Assembly (NCBI GenBank): GCA_035701185.1
Contig: DASSNX010000169.1
Span: 1,138 to 65,137 of the forward strand
Direction: 5' to 3'
From: Candidatus Limnocylindria bacterium
Lineage (GTDB): Bacteria > Chloroflexota > Limnocylindria > QHBO01
DNA length: 64,000 nucleotides
The position numbers and the translations under genes are program-made. The notes under the pieces were generated by a model. It saw nothing but the letters and a program-made list of their open reading frames with translations, ran no database searches and was not told the origin of the DNA. Shown piece by piece: positions 17,560-26,381 of the stretch; positions within the stretch are counted from its first letter, which is position 1; each line of letters opens with the position of its first letter.

Positions 17560-19698
17560 GTGAATGGGCCCTGGGTGCGCCTAGCCGCGGCCACGTTCGC
17601 CGTTGCCATCGTCGGAAATGCCAGCGCGGCGCCAATGTCGTCGGATGCCGAAGAGGCTGCGAGGGCGCTCGCGCTCGACCGAGCGGCGCAGACCCTCGAC
17701 GTTGCCGCAGATGAGGTTACGAGCACATCAGAGGGTGTCATTCAGCCGTGGGGGGTTGATCGATTCTTCGTCGGGACTTACGAGACCGCTAGCGGGAATA
17801 CAACCGCCGTTTGGGTCGACTTGGCGACTTTGGCGGTTTACGACCGTAACGAATTCTGGGCGGCCACCGAAGAAGCGCGCAAAAATTTGGGCAAATACAC
17901 CCCGGATGTTCGGGCGACGCTCGATAACCTTGCCGACGGCGACAAAGCCACAGTCGCCATCACCTACTTGTCGGATTGGCGGCAGGCTGCGCTCGCGTCT
18001 TTTCGGCTTGCCGCGCCTAACGTAAAGCTTTCTGAAGACGGCAGACCAGATACCGGGGACGACAAGTTAAACCAGGAGATCGCGCAGGAGTTGCGAGACC
18101 TCCGCAAAGCCGCACTTGTGCTGGACCGCGAGCCAATCCTCGGACTGCTGAAAGAGCAGGCTTTGACGGTTGAATATGCCGCCGAATTGGTTCCGATGAT
18201 CTGGATCACAGGCAGCAAATCCCAAATCGAAGCGGTGACTGCGTCGCCTCTGGTGGTGAATACGCTTGGGTCGTACAAGACCGAATTGGCTTCGTGGAGT
18301 GAGGCTTATGACAACATCCAAGCAGGTGACGCCTATTCATCGAACTTCAGGGGCCAGGGTACGACTGTCGCTGTAGTCGAATACAACAACGTCAAATGGG
18401 ACATTCCAACCTTGAGCAGCATCCCGTCGAGCGACTACGACAATTTCGTACAAGGTAATGTACCTCCCCATGTAGATGGCCATCCAACCTGGGTGATGGC
18501 AGCGATTGCAAGCCGCACGTCAGGCCGCAGAGGCGTGGCGCCGAATGCACACTTTCTTAGTTCGTCCACAGTCGACGGGCATACGGATCCCAACTGTGAG
18601 ACGTGTGACTTCAACATAATCGCCGCGGTAGAGAAGACCTTCACAAACCCACAGAAACCAGACCCTGATGTCATCAACCTAAGTATCGTTGCTGACTCGG
18701 GACAGAACGGACATACCGGCGATGGTGCCGAATCGATGAAGGTTTATCTCGATAACCTGGTCGCAACCGAAAACATCCATGTTGCCGCGGCCGGCGGTGA
18801 CGACTTCACGGGCTTCAGGCAGTGCAGCAATGCAAATTCGCCCAAGCGCGTTCAGGAACCCGGCGGTGCTTGGAATGTCGTGGCGGCCGGCCTCACGAAA
18901 ATCAACGGATCTGGATGGGCGGACGATCAGATCTTCTTCGAAGCGCCGAGCGACGGCGATCCGGCTTTCTGTTGGGGCAACAACCCAGGCAATCCTGGGG
19001 ACCCGGTTACCCGTGTAAAGCCTGAGCTCGCAGCGCCGGGACAAGGCGTGACGTTCCCAGACTCCTACCTCTTCGGATATGAATCTGGCACGAGTATCAC
19101 TTCACCTCAAATCGCAGGCACTATGTCCGTCCTAATCGGCGAAGACCCGACAAACCTTCGATCGTACCCGGAGGTAGTGCGCGCAGTAATCGTCGCCTCG
19201 TCCGACGTTCATCAGACCGAGCCCTCCCACAATGAGGACGATTACGAGGGGTGGGGAACTCTGAGTGTTAAGTGGGCCACGGAGCTCGTCAAAAGGAATG
19301 CTGGCCGCGGAGACTTTGGACGGCGCAATTTTGCAGCAACGGGACAGGCTCCTCACTATGGTGCGCCGGGAAGCCTGTACCAGAACCTCAGGGCGGATTA
19401 CAACCGTGCTCGGTTCGTGATCTCGTGGAATAGTCACGGGATTTACGACCAGGGAGGCTGTGATGACACATCGACTTGTTCTGACGAGCGAATGACAGAT
19501 TTCGATATCCACGTAACTAATGCGGCGACCGGCGCCTTTGTGAAGGACTGCCTGAAGCCCGCGAGTAATTACGAGGTCTGTAGTTGGGCCTCAACCCCGG
19601 GGACCACGTATCACATCGTGATGGACCCGGTTGAGTGGAATCGATTGCAGCCCGCTGAGACTGTCGGGTGGGCATTCATGAGTCACAACGACCAATGA
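17560..19698 (+). CDS. Secreted S8 family (subtilisin-like) serine peptidase with a long N-terminal pro-region
   Basis: Signal peptide; His motif VDGHPTWVMAAIAS; Ser motif GTSITSPQIAGT; Asp-motif region reads VAVVEYNN (Glu where the catalytic Asp usually sits); GTG start with AGGGAGG SD. Confidence 0.8.
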   Translation: MNGPWVRLAAATFAVAIVGNASAAPMSSDAEEAARALALDRAAQTLDVAADEVTSTSEGVIQPWGVDRFFVGTYETASGNTTAVWVDLATLAVYDRNEFWAATEEARKNLGKYTPDVRATLDNLADGDKATVAITYLSDWRQAALASFRLAAPNVKLSEDGRPDTGDDKLNQEIAQELRDLRKAALVLDREPILGLLKEQALTVEYAAELVPMIWITGSKSQIEAVTASPLVVNTLGSYKTELASWSEAYDNIQAGDAYSSNFRGQGTTVAVVEYNNVKWDIPTLSSIPSSDYDNFVQGNVPPHVDGHPTWVMAAIASRTSGRRGVAPNAHFLSSSTVDGHTDPNCETCDFNIIAAVEKTFTNPQKPDPDVINLSIVADSGQNGHTGDGAESMKVYLDNLVATENIHVAAAGGDDFTGFRQCSNANSPKRVQEPGGAWNVVAAGLTKINGSGWADDQIFFEAPSDGDPAFCWGNNPGNPGDPVTRVKPELAAPGQGVTFPDSYLFGYESGTSITSPQIAGTMSVLIGEDPTNLRSYPEVVRAVIVASSDVHQTEPSHNEDDYEGWGTLSVKWATELVKRNAGRGDFGRRNFAATGQAPHYGAPGSLYQNLRADYNRARFVISWNSHGIYDQGGCDDTSTCSDERMTDFDIHVTNAATGAFVKDCLKPASNYEVCSWASTPGTTYHIVMDPVEWNRLQPAETVGWAFMSHNDQ

Positions 19699-20210
19699 TC
19701 CGTTTGGTCGGAATCTTCCTGGTCCTGGGTCTGCTATGCGTTGCTCCCGCAGGTACTTACGCAACCGTGGGTGGCCAGTTGTCGGTAAAAATCAGCTTCC
19801 GGGGACCGTGCGAGGCCCAGGGATACCTTCAGGTCGACAACAAGTCTGGGGACTTTGTCGTCCTCGACAAGGCGTTCGAGTGGTCAGCAACACAGCCTAT
19901 CCGCCAAGTTATTGGCGCAACTCCGATTGCCGACCCAGGTGACAGGCTACTGCTCCGACTGTTTGCCGCTGATCACTCCACAGTTCTTTTCAAGTCGGAT
20001 TCGTTCAGTCACAGCGGCGATGAGAGTGGGTACTTTTCCAACTTCACGGCATTGCTGGATTGTTCGACCACTCCGTACCAGGCAGTTGTCAGCGATACGG
20101 CGATGTCCGACCCTGGTCGTGATTGGCTAACGCCGGTGGGAATTGCCCTGTCGGTTGCGGCCGTGGGGATGGCCCTGCTACTTCTGCCGCTGAAGAAGCG
20201 AGCCGATTAG
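19695..20210 (+). CDS. Hypothetical secreted/membrane-anchored protein coupled (ATGA) to the S8 peptidase gene
   Basis: N-terminal signal peptide MIRLVGIFLVLGLLCVAPAGTYA and a C-terminal TM helix followed by KKRAD. Confidence 0.55.
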   Translation: MIRLVGIFLVLGLLCVAPAGTYATVGGQLSVKISFRGPCEAQGYLQVDNKSGDFVVLDKAFEWSATQPIRQVIGATPIADPGDRLLLRLFAADHSTVLFKSDSFSHSGDESGYFSNFTALLDCSTTPYQAVVSDTAMSDPGRDWLTPVGIALSVAAVGMALLLLPLKKRAD

Positions 20211-20370
20211 GTCCTTCCAACCCAACCCTTGAGAGCGGCTTTACCAGCGCTTCGGCAGACGGCTCCGTACGCTGCGGAAGAAATCGGTCGCAGGCGGGGT
20301 CGACCAACGCCAGCGATGACCGTTGTGAAGGCAGCGTGTTTCTAGGCGCGCCAGCAGGGGACTCGTGTCG

Positions 20371-20772
20371 TCAGGAAGGTGATTGAGACTTCAGAATCTG
20401 AAATACCGTCATCGGGTACCAGCGGCCACCCTTCGCGGTCGGAATGCCTTCCGTGTTGAACATGTCCGCGATGGCGGCGTATGTGAGCCCCTTCATGCGC
20501 ATGAAGTTGATGCGCTTTCGAATTTCCAGTGGGTAGCTGCGCGGTGCCCCAAAGCGGTGCCCGGCCGCCATCTTGGCTCTCATCGCATCTCTGGTCCGTT
20601 GCGCTATCAGGTTGCGTTCAAATTCGGCGAACACGGACAGGACACCAGCCATCATCTGGCCCTGGGGCGTGCTCATGTCGAGGCCTAGATCAAGGATCGC
20701 CAACGACCAGCGCTCTCGTTGGGCATCACGCACGATCCGGGCGAAGTCGAATTGCGAACGGGATAGCCTCAT
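20371..20772 (-). pseudogene. Serine recombinase (resolvase/invertase) fragment lacking the N-terminal catalytic Ser region
   Basis: ORF begins at the LDRLSRS-like motif and continues through the resolvase dimerisation region and C-terminal HTH (GLTYAAIADMFN); there is a stop codon and no catalytic-domain sequence upstream. Confidence 0.6.
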
Positions 20773-20949
20773 GGTCGCTCGCGAGTGAGAAAGCGAAAGC
20801 TGATCTGCTCCACGCGATCATCGGACGGGTGCTGGTACAAGGGTCGGAATTCGTAGGCGTGGAACTCACGCCGCATGCCGAGGCGCACGGATTAGCGCTC
20901 TGCCTACCTGAGCACGTCCGTTCGGAAAGGAGCCGCTCTGGTGCTGCTA

Positions 20950-20978
20950 TGGCGGGCCCGACCGGATTCGAACCGGCG
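20950..20978. repeat. attR: 29-bp direct repeat (3' end of the intact tRNA-Asp)
   Basis: Identical to 16360-16388. Confidence 0.75.
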
Positions 20979-21026
20979 ATCTCCAGCGTGACAGGCTGGC
21001 ATGTTGGGCCGCTACACCACGGGCCC
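20950..21026 (-). tRNA. tRNA-Asp (anticodon GTC)
   Basis: Cloverleaf GGGCCCG-TG-D arm-CCAGC CTGTCAC GCTGG-T arm (GGTTCGAATCC)-CGGGCCC-G-CCA; anticodon loop CUGUCAC. Confidence 0.9.
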
Positions 21027-21070
21027 GCAGGAGCGACGGGGGCGGAGTATAGCAGGCGCCTCCGGGACCT

Positions 21071-21520
21071 TCAGATCGGCGCCCCAGGCCGTTCGCGGGA
21101 CCTGACGAGGCTGCGCGCCGTCCAACCGTAGCCGATGGCCACCAGCGCCAGGCCGATCCCCGCCGGCACCATCGTGACGGCCGGTCCCGATCCCGAAGCC
21201 GCGCTCACGACGGCTGCCACACCCCAGCCGATGCACAGCACCAGCATGGCGGCCGCCAGGACCGCCGCCGCCGACAGCGCCTCCCGGATCCCCCGCCACA
21301 GCAGCGCCGCGCCAAGGAGGTGAAGCACCGCCAGCGCAAGGAGCGCGGCACCGCTGGCCGTAGCCGCCCCGCCCACGGCGGCGGCGTCGATGATCACCGG
21401 CGGCAGCAGGCCGTAAAGCCACGCCGAGAAGAAGCCGCCGACCACGATGCCGCCGATCCCTCCGGCGGCGAGGACGAGCCCTGTGCCCAGCAGCCAGGCG
21501 ACAGCGAAGCGTGGCGCCAT
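21071..21520 (-). CDS. Hypothetical integral membrane protein
   Basis: 149-aa highly hydrophobic ORF (4 TM) inside a long composite reverse-strand ORF; ATG at 21520. Confidence 0.4.
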   Translation of the reverse strand: MAPRFAVAWLLGTGLVLAAGGIGGIVVGGFFSAWLYGLLPPVIIDAAAVGGAATASGAALLALAVLHLLGAALLWRGIREALSAAAVLAAAMLVLCIGWGVAAVVSAASGSGPAVTMVPAGIGLALVAIGYGWTARSLVRSRERPGAPI

Positions 21521-21534
21521 CACGCCGCGCGGCC

Positions 21535-21909
21535 TTACCGCGCGCGACGGGCCAGGATGAACGCGGCCGCCGCGAGGACGAGGGCGCCGACCGCCAGTGC
21601 GCCGGCCAGGATCGGATCGCCGGAGGCCAGCGTCGTCACGCGCCAGACGCCGATGGCGGCCAGCACAGCGGCCAGCGCGGCGATGCCAGTGGCGATGACG
21701 CGGCTGCGCCGCAGGTCGGCGAGCACGGCCAGCGCGGCGCCCAGCAGCGCCACGCCGAGCACCGCCACCGCGATGCCGCCAATCACCTGTCCCTGCCCCA
21801 GCGCGTCGGCGTTCGGCGGCGGCGTCGACCCGTAGCGGGCCGCGGTGGTCATGCCGAACACCACCATGGCAATCCCGCCGATGAAGACGGCGAGGCCCAC
21901 GATCGACAT
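21535..21909 (-). CDS. Hypothetical integral membrane protein (start uncertain; the ORF extends to 22263 with a basic low-complexity N-terminus)
   Basis: Hydrophobic segments MSIVGLAVFIGGIAMVVFG...; would overlap the divergent hydrolase gene if started at 22263. Confidence 0.35.
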   Translation of the reverse strand: MSIVGLAVFIGGIAMVVFGMTTAARYGSTPPPNADALGQGQVIGGIAVAVLGVALLGAALAVLADLRRSRVIATGIAALAAVLAAIGVWRVTTLASGDPILAGALAVGALVLAAAAFILARRAR

Positions 21910-22180
21910 GGCCAGCACCGCCGCGCTGCCGACCTCGCCCAGGTGCTCCGGGGCGAGCGAGTGGCCGCGGTTGCGAGCCGCCGCGCGAGCGGCCGCTGCA
22001 GCTTCCCGGCTGCGGGCCGAGCGGTTGCGGGCGCCACTGCGCTCGGTGCCGCTCGCCTTCTTGGTGCTGACCACGTGCCGATGGGCCTCCTGACGCAATG
22101 CGACGCGCCGTCGGGCGCGTCGATCGGGTCTGAGATTGTAGGGGACGGGTGCCCGATTCGCGACCGTATACTCGGCGCCG

Positions 22181-23227
22181 ATGCCGTTCGAGCCCCCCGA
22201 GGATCCCCGGGCCGCACGTCGGAGCGCCATCACCCGCTGGGTCTCGTTCGCGCTGGTCCTCATCCTGGTGGCCCTGGTCGGCTATTTGGGGGTGGTGGGC
22301 TTCATCGGCTCCGACCAGCTGGCCAACCCGCCCGAACACAGCACTGACTGCCGTACGCCGGCGAGGGCCGAGGGCTGGGTCTACGAGGCCGTGAACTACG
22401 ACGTGGCCAGCGACGGCCGCCTGGCGGACGTGGCTGACCCGCTCCACTGCCCGCCGAACGAGGCCAAGGCCGGCGCGAAGATCGAGACCGCCGACGGCGT
22501 CCGGATCGCGGCGTGGTACATCCCGGCCGGCGACGGCGGCGCGGCGAACGGCCCCACCGTCGTCCTGGCGCACGGCTACGGCCAGAACAAGAGCACCATG
22601 CTGCCCTGGGCGGAGCTGCTGCACGACCACTACAACCTCGTCCTCTTCGACTTCCGCAACCACGGCCAGTCGACCGGCAGCCAGACCACCCAGGGCGTGC
22701 TGGAGGCGAGCGACCTGCGGGCGGTGATCGACTGGCTGGAGAAGGCCAAGAAGCCGCGCCAGCTGGCCGTGCTGGGCGTCTCGATGGGCGGTGCCAGCGC
22801 GCTGCACGAGGCCGTCGGCGACACTCGCGTCGATGCCGTGGTCCTCGACTCCACCCACGCCACCCTCGCCGACGCTGTCCAGGCGCGCCTGGCCCGCCAG
22901 GGTTACCCGCTGGCCCTGCCGGCGGCGTGGGGCATCCTGCTCGGTGGGCTGATCCGGACCGGGCAGGACATGAGCACAGTGGACCCGGTCGGCGAGATCA
23001 CGCGCCTCCATCGGCCGGTGCTCATCATCGTCGGCGGTCGCGACGACGCCATCGGCGCGCATGACGGGCAGGACCTGCTCGACGCCGCGCGCGCCGACCA
23101 GGACGGGGGCAGCTCGTCCGGCCTCGACACCTGCCCGCGCGCCGGCCACGCGGAGTCGGTCGATCGCTGCCGGAGCGACTACCGAGGCTGGGTGCTAGGC
23201 TTCCTCGAGCGCAACCTGGCGCCGTAA
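22181..23227 (+). CDS. Alpha/beta hydrolase (membrane-anchored)
   Basis: N-terminal TM; GVSMGG nucleophile elbow; HGYGQNK oxyanion region; conserved Asp and His downstream. Confidence 0.8.
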   Translation: MPFEPPEDPRAARRSAITRWVSFALVLILVALVGYLGVVGFIGSDQLANPPEHSTDCRTPARAEGWVYEAVNYDVASDGRLADVADPLHCPPNEAKAGAKIETADGVRIAAWYIPAGDGGAANGPTVVLAHGYGQNKSTMLPWAELLHDHYNLVLFDFRNHGQSTGSQTTQGVLEASDLRAVIDWLEKAKKPRQLAVLGVSMGGASALHEAVGDTRVDAVVLDSTHATLADAVQARLARQGYPLALPAAWGILLGGLIRTGQDMSTVDPVGEITRLHRPVLIIVGGRDDAIGAHDGQDLLDAARADQDGGSSSGLDTCPRAGHAESVDRCRSDYRGWVLGFLERNLAP

Positions 23228-23313
23228 CGCGCGGCCGGTCGCGGCCGGTCCCGACCCGTTCGCCGCGCAACCCGGCTCGCGCTCGCTCCGAGCACCACTC
23301 TCTGAGGAGATCC

Positions 23314-24960
23314 ATGCCCGTTCTGTCCGATGCCGATGCGCGCTTCGACCGCGTCGTGGAACGCTGGTTCCGCTCGCTGCTGGCGCTCGACCCCGAGGAG
23401 GCCACCTACGTCGGCATCCACGACCACGATCATCGGCTGGCCCCCGGGACCCGCGAGCATGTCGAGGACCAGGTTGCCTTCCACCGAGCCGCCGTGGATG
23501 AGATGGAGCGCTTCCCGAGCGACGACCTGAGCGCCGATCGAGCGCTGGATCGCGAGCTGGTCATCCACGAGAGCCGATTGGCGCTATACCAGCTGACCGA
23601 GCGGCGGCAGTGGGCCGGTGCGACCCGCGCCGCCGACCACATCGGCAGCGCCCTGTTCCCGATTTTCACCCGCGACTACGCGCCGCTGGCCGAGCGGCTC
23701 GAGTCCATTGCGGCGCGGCTCGAGGCGGCGCCGGCCTACCTGGCCGAGACGCGAACCCGGGTCGACGCCCCGGTCAGGCTGTGGGTCGAGATCGACATCG
23801 AGAGCTGTGAGTCGCTGCCGGAGTTCCTGGACTCCATCGTCTCGGTGGCGCGTTCCGAGGCAGTGGACGCGGCCACCGTGCGACGGGTCGAGACTGCGGT
23901 CGACGGCGTCCGCGCCGCACTCGACGAGCACGTCGCCTGGCTGCGCGACGACCTGCTGCCCCGCGCCGACGGCTCGTGGCAGGCGGGCCCGGATGGCTTC
24001 GAGCAGCTCGTGGCGCTCCGCCGGCTGGAGGCCACTGCCGACGAGATCCTGGCCGTCGGGGAGCAGATGCTGGCCGACGAATCGGCTGCCCGCGACGCGA
24101 TCTGCGCCGAGATCGACCCGACCCTCTCGCCGGCAGAGGTGGGCGACCTGATCAAGAACGACCATCCCGCCACATTCCCGGAGGCGATCGACGAGTACCG
24201 CAACGCCATGGACCGGGCCCGCGCCTTCATCGTGGAGCATGACCTGGCCACGATGCCGCGCCAGGATCGGCTCAAGGTGATCGAGACGCCGCCGTACGAG
24301 CGCCATCTCATCCCGTTCGCGGCCTACTACCAGCCGCCGCGCTTCGATCCGGACCCGGCCGGCACCTACATCGTCACGCCGCCGGGCTCGCCGGACATGT
24401 GGCGCGAGCACAACTACGCCTCCATCAGCAACACCAGCGTCCACGAGGCCTACCCCGGCCACCACATGCAGCTGGCCGGCGCCATGGAGAATCCGAGCCT
24501 GGTGCGTGCCCTCGCGCTGAGCGCCGCCGAGTTCGACGAGGGCTGGGCCTTCTACTGCGAGCGGATGATGAAGGACGCCGGCTTCGACGACACGCCACGC
24601 CATCGGTGGGTGATGCACACCGACGCGATCTGGCGCTCGGTCCGGATCATCCTGGACGTCAAGCTGCACCGCGGCGAGATCGGCTTCGACGAGGCCGTCG
24701 ACTACATGATCGACAAGACCAGCTTCGAGCGACCCGCGGCGCTGGCCGAGGTGAAGCGCTACACCAGCACCCCGACCTATCAGCTCAGCTACCTCTACGG
24801 GCGGCATATGATCGAGCGGCTGCGCGACCGGGTGCAGGCGCGCATGGGCCCGGCCTTCAACCTGAAGTTCTTCCACGACACGCTGGTCTACGGCGGGACG
24901 ATGCCCGTCTCCTTCGCCGGCCGGCTGTTCGACGCCCAGCTCGGCGGGCTGGACCGATGA
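23314..24960 (+). CDS. DUF885 family protein (putative metallopeptidase-like)
   Basis: About 550 aa with the HEAYPGHHMQ (HExxGHH) motif characteristic of DUF885. Confidence 0.75.
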   Translation: MPVLSDADARFDRVVERWFRSLLALDPEEATYVGIHDHDHRLAPGTREHVEDQVAFHRAAVDEMERFPSDDLSADRALDRELVIHESRLALYQLTERRQWAGATRAADHIGSALFPIFTRDYAPLAERLESIAARLEAAPAYLAETRTRVDAPVRLWVEIDIESCESLPEFLDSIVSVARSEAVDAATVRRVETAVDGVRAALDEHVAWLRDDLLPRADGSWQAGPDGFEQLVALRRLEATADEILAVGEQMLADESAARDAICAEIDPTLSPAEVGDLIKNDHPATFPEAIDEYRNAMDRARAFIVEHDLATMPRQDRLKVIETPPYERHLIPFAAYYQPPRFDPDPAGTYIVTPPGSPDMWREHNYASISNTSVHEAYPGHHMQLAGAMENPSLVRALALSAAEFDEGWAFYCERMMKDAGFDDTPRHRWVMHTDAIWRSVRIILDVKLHRGEIGFDEAVDYMIDKTSFERPAALAEVKRYTSTPTYQLSYLYGRHMIERLRDRVQARMGPAFNLKFFHDTLVYGGTMPVSFAGRLFDAQLGGLDR

Positions 24961-25643
24961 CGTCGCGGCTCGCCCACCGCGCCGCCGCACTCGGCGGGGT
25001 GATCCTGCTCACGGCCTGCGGCGCACCGGCCGCCACGCCGCCGCCCTGCCCGACCGCTGCTCCCACCGCGGACCAGGCGAACGACATCCTGGCCGATGCC
25101 AGCGCGATCGACGTCAAGACCAACAAGGGCAGCTTCACCATTGAGCTGCAGCCCGACTCGGCTCCGATCGCGACCGCCAACTTCGTGGCGCTGGCACGCT
25201 GCGGCTTCTACACCAACGTCAGCTTCCACCGGGTGATCGCCGGCTTCGTGGCCCAGGCCGGCGACCCGCAGACACGCGACAACCACGCCGACTTCGCCGG
25301 CGTGGGCACGGGCGGCCCCGGCTACCACTTCAAGGTCGAGCTGCCACCGGACGGCACCACCTACCGCAAGTACGCGGTGGCGATGGCCAACGCGATGCAG
25401 TACGACCCGCAGACCGGCGAGATCCAGGGTGGGACCGATACGAACGGCAGCCAGTTCTTCGTCATGCTGGCCGACTTCCCGCGGCTGCCGCCCTACTACA
25501 GCGTGCTCGGCAGCGTGACCAGCGGCACGGAGAACATCGACGCCATCGGCCAGCTCCCGACCACCGGGGATCCGACCAACGTGCCGGTGGATCCGGCCAT
25601 CATCGAGTCGATGACGGTGCAGGGGGCGCCGGCGCCGAGCTGA
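24957..25643 (+). CDS. Peptidyl-prolyl cis-trans isomerase, cyclophilin type, lipoprotein
   Basis: Lipobox LLTACG; cyclophilin core (FHRVIAGFVAQAGDP...GSQFFV); ATGA overlap with the upstream gene. Confidence 0.85.
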   Translation: MTSRLAHRAAALGGVILLTACGAPAATPPPCPTAAPTADQANDILADASAIDVKTNKGSFTIELQPDSAPIATANFVALARCGFYTNVSFHRVIAGFVAQAGDPQTRDNHADFAGVGTGGPGYHFKVELPPDGTTYRKYAVAMANAMQYDPQTGEIQGGTDTNGSQFFVMLADFPRLPPYYSVLGSVTSGTENIDAIGQLPTTGDPTNVPVDPAIIESMTVQGAPAPS

Positions 25644-25683
25644 TTTCCGCTTTGAAATGTGAAGGATTCTTAGTCCCGAACCC

Positions 25684-25713
25684 TTGACCTTTTGGGGCCC
25701 GATTGGGTACTCT
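25684..25713 (+). promoter_or_regulatory. Sigma-70-like promoter (TTGACC-18-TACTCT) for the sRNA candidate
   Basis: -35 and -10 hexamers with 18-nt spacing in an otherwise noncoding, lower-GC stretch. Confidence 0.4.
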
Positions 25714-25719
25714 GTGTTC

Positions 25720-25867
25720 GCTGTTCGTACAGCGATTCACCACTGATCGCAAGGTCATGGGTAGGTTTGGGTAAGGGTAGTGCGGGAAACCGCGCGTGAA
25801 AGATGCCCTTGCGGTTAGCGAATCCGGCAGCACCTGAAGGCCCCTCCTCGGAGGGGCCTTCTGCTAT
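25720..25867 (+). ncRNA. Candidate small RNA (~150 nt) bounded by promoter and intrinsic-terminator-like hairpin
   Basis: No ORF; ends in the hairpin GAAGGCCCCTCC-tcg-GAGGGGCCTTC followed by TGCTAT; lies between the PPIase gene and tRNA-Arg. Confidence 0.4.
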
Positions 25868-26040
25868 CCGGCGGACCGCCGCGACTACAGCTGGAGGTGC
25901 GGTACGCGCACCAGGGAAGCGTTGCGGACCTTTGGGTCGGACGTGCCACGCTCCCGCGCTCGCATCCACCCTCAACGCGGAGCTGTCAGAGGCCGGCAGG
26001 AACTCACGGACCGACTTAACGCTGTGGCCATGCGCATCCG

Positions 26041-26085
26041 GTGCTTCCCGGCAAGAACCGGGGTGCTTCCGGGCAAGAACGGGGG
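26041..26085. repeat. Two tandem ~22-bp repeats, each a small hairpin (CCCGG-caagaa-CCGGG)
   Basis: gtgcttcccggcaagaaccgggg / gtgcttccgggcaagaacggggg. Confidence 0.4.
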
Positions 26086-26095
26086 CCGCGGGGCA

Positions 26096-26125
26096 AAGAA
26101 AAAGGGCCCCTCGCGAGAGGGGCCC
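26096..26125 (-). terminator. Rho-independent terminator of the small peptide gene
   Basis: On the minus strand GGGCCCCTC-tcgc-GAGGGGCCC followed by TTTTTCTT. Confidence 0.55.
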
Positions 26126-26150
26126 CGGTACGTTGCCTTGCTGACTGCTC

Positions 26151-26225
26151 CTACAGGTTGCCCGTCAGCAGCAGGATCAGCAGGATCAGCAGGATCAGTC
26201 CAATGATCCCTCCACCCCAGTACAT
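26151..26225 (-). CDS. 24-aa hydrophobic peptide (type I toxin-like/small membrane peptide)
   Basis: MYWGGGIIGLILLILLILLLTGNL preceded by GAGGAGG 6 nt upstream of ATG and followed by a terminator; 9-bp x3 tandem repeat encodes the LIL repeats. Confidence 0.5.
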   Translation of the reverse strand: MYWGGGIIGLILLILLILLLTGNL

Positions 26226-26381
26226 GACGTTCCTCCTCGTTAGAGCGTTCTGCCCCGGGTAGATGCACCTCGCGTGCCAACCCGCGTCATCAGCGCCATC
26301 GGCCTCGTCTGGAAATTCCGCCGCCGCGAGCACCCGCGACTGAGCGACGATGCCAAGGGTCGGGTACGCTAGGGCTCCCGC

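Larger units (their letters stand above)
16389..20949. mobile_element. Integrated genomic island (~4.6 kb) at tRNA-Asp, low GC, with degraded recombinase and methyltransferase
   Basis: Bounded by 29-bp direct repeats of the tRNA-Asp 3' end; GC about 47-57% against about 70% in the flanks; a serine recombinase fragment lies next to the tRNA. Confidence 0.65.

Noticed and set aside
20529-21131. 200-aa plus-strand ORF spanning the resolvase fragment and tRNA-Asp
   Set aside because: It overlaps a tRNA gene and a recombinase remnant and its composition is low-complexity.
21071-23149. 692-aa reverse-strand ORF
   Set aside because: It is a composite stop-free frame across GC-rich DNA. Only its 3' 450 nt look like a real membrane protein. 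The remainder is antisense to the alpha/beta hydrolase gene and Arg/Gly-rich.
26180-26206. Tandem cagcaggat x3 repeat considered as a possible CRISPR/minisatellite
   Set aside because: There are only three 9-bp units with no spacers, and they encode the LILLILLIL core of the small peptide on the opposite strand.
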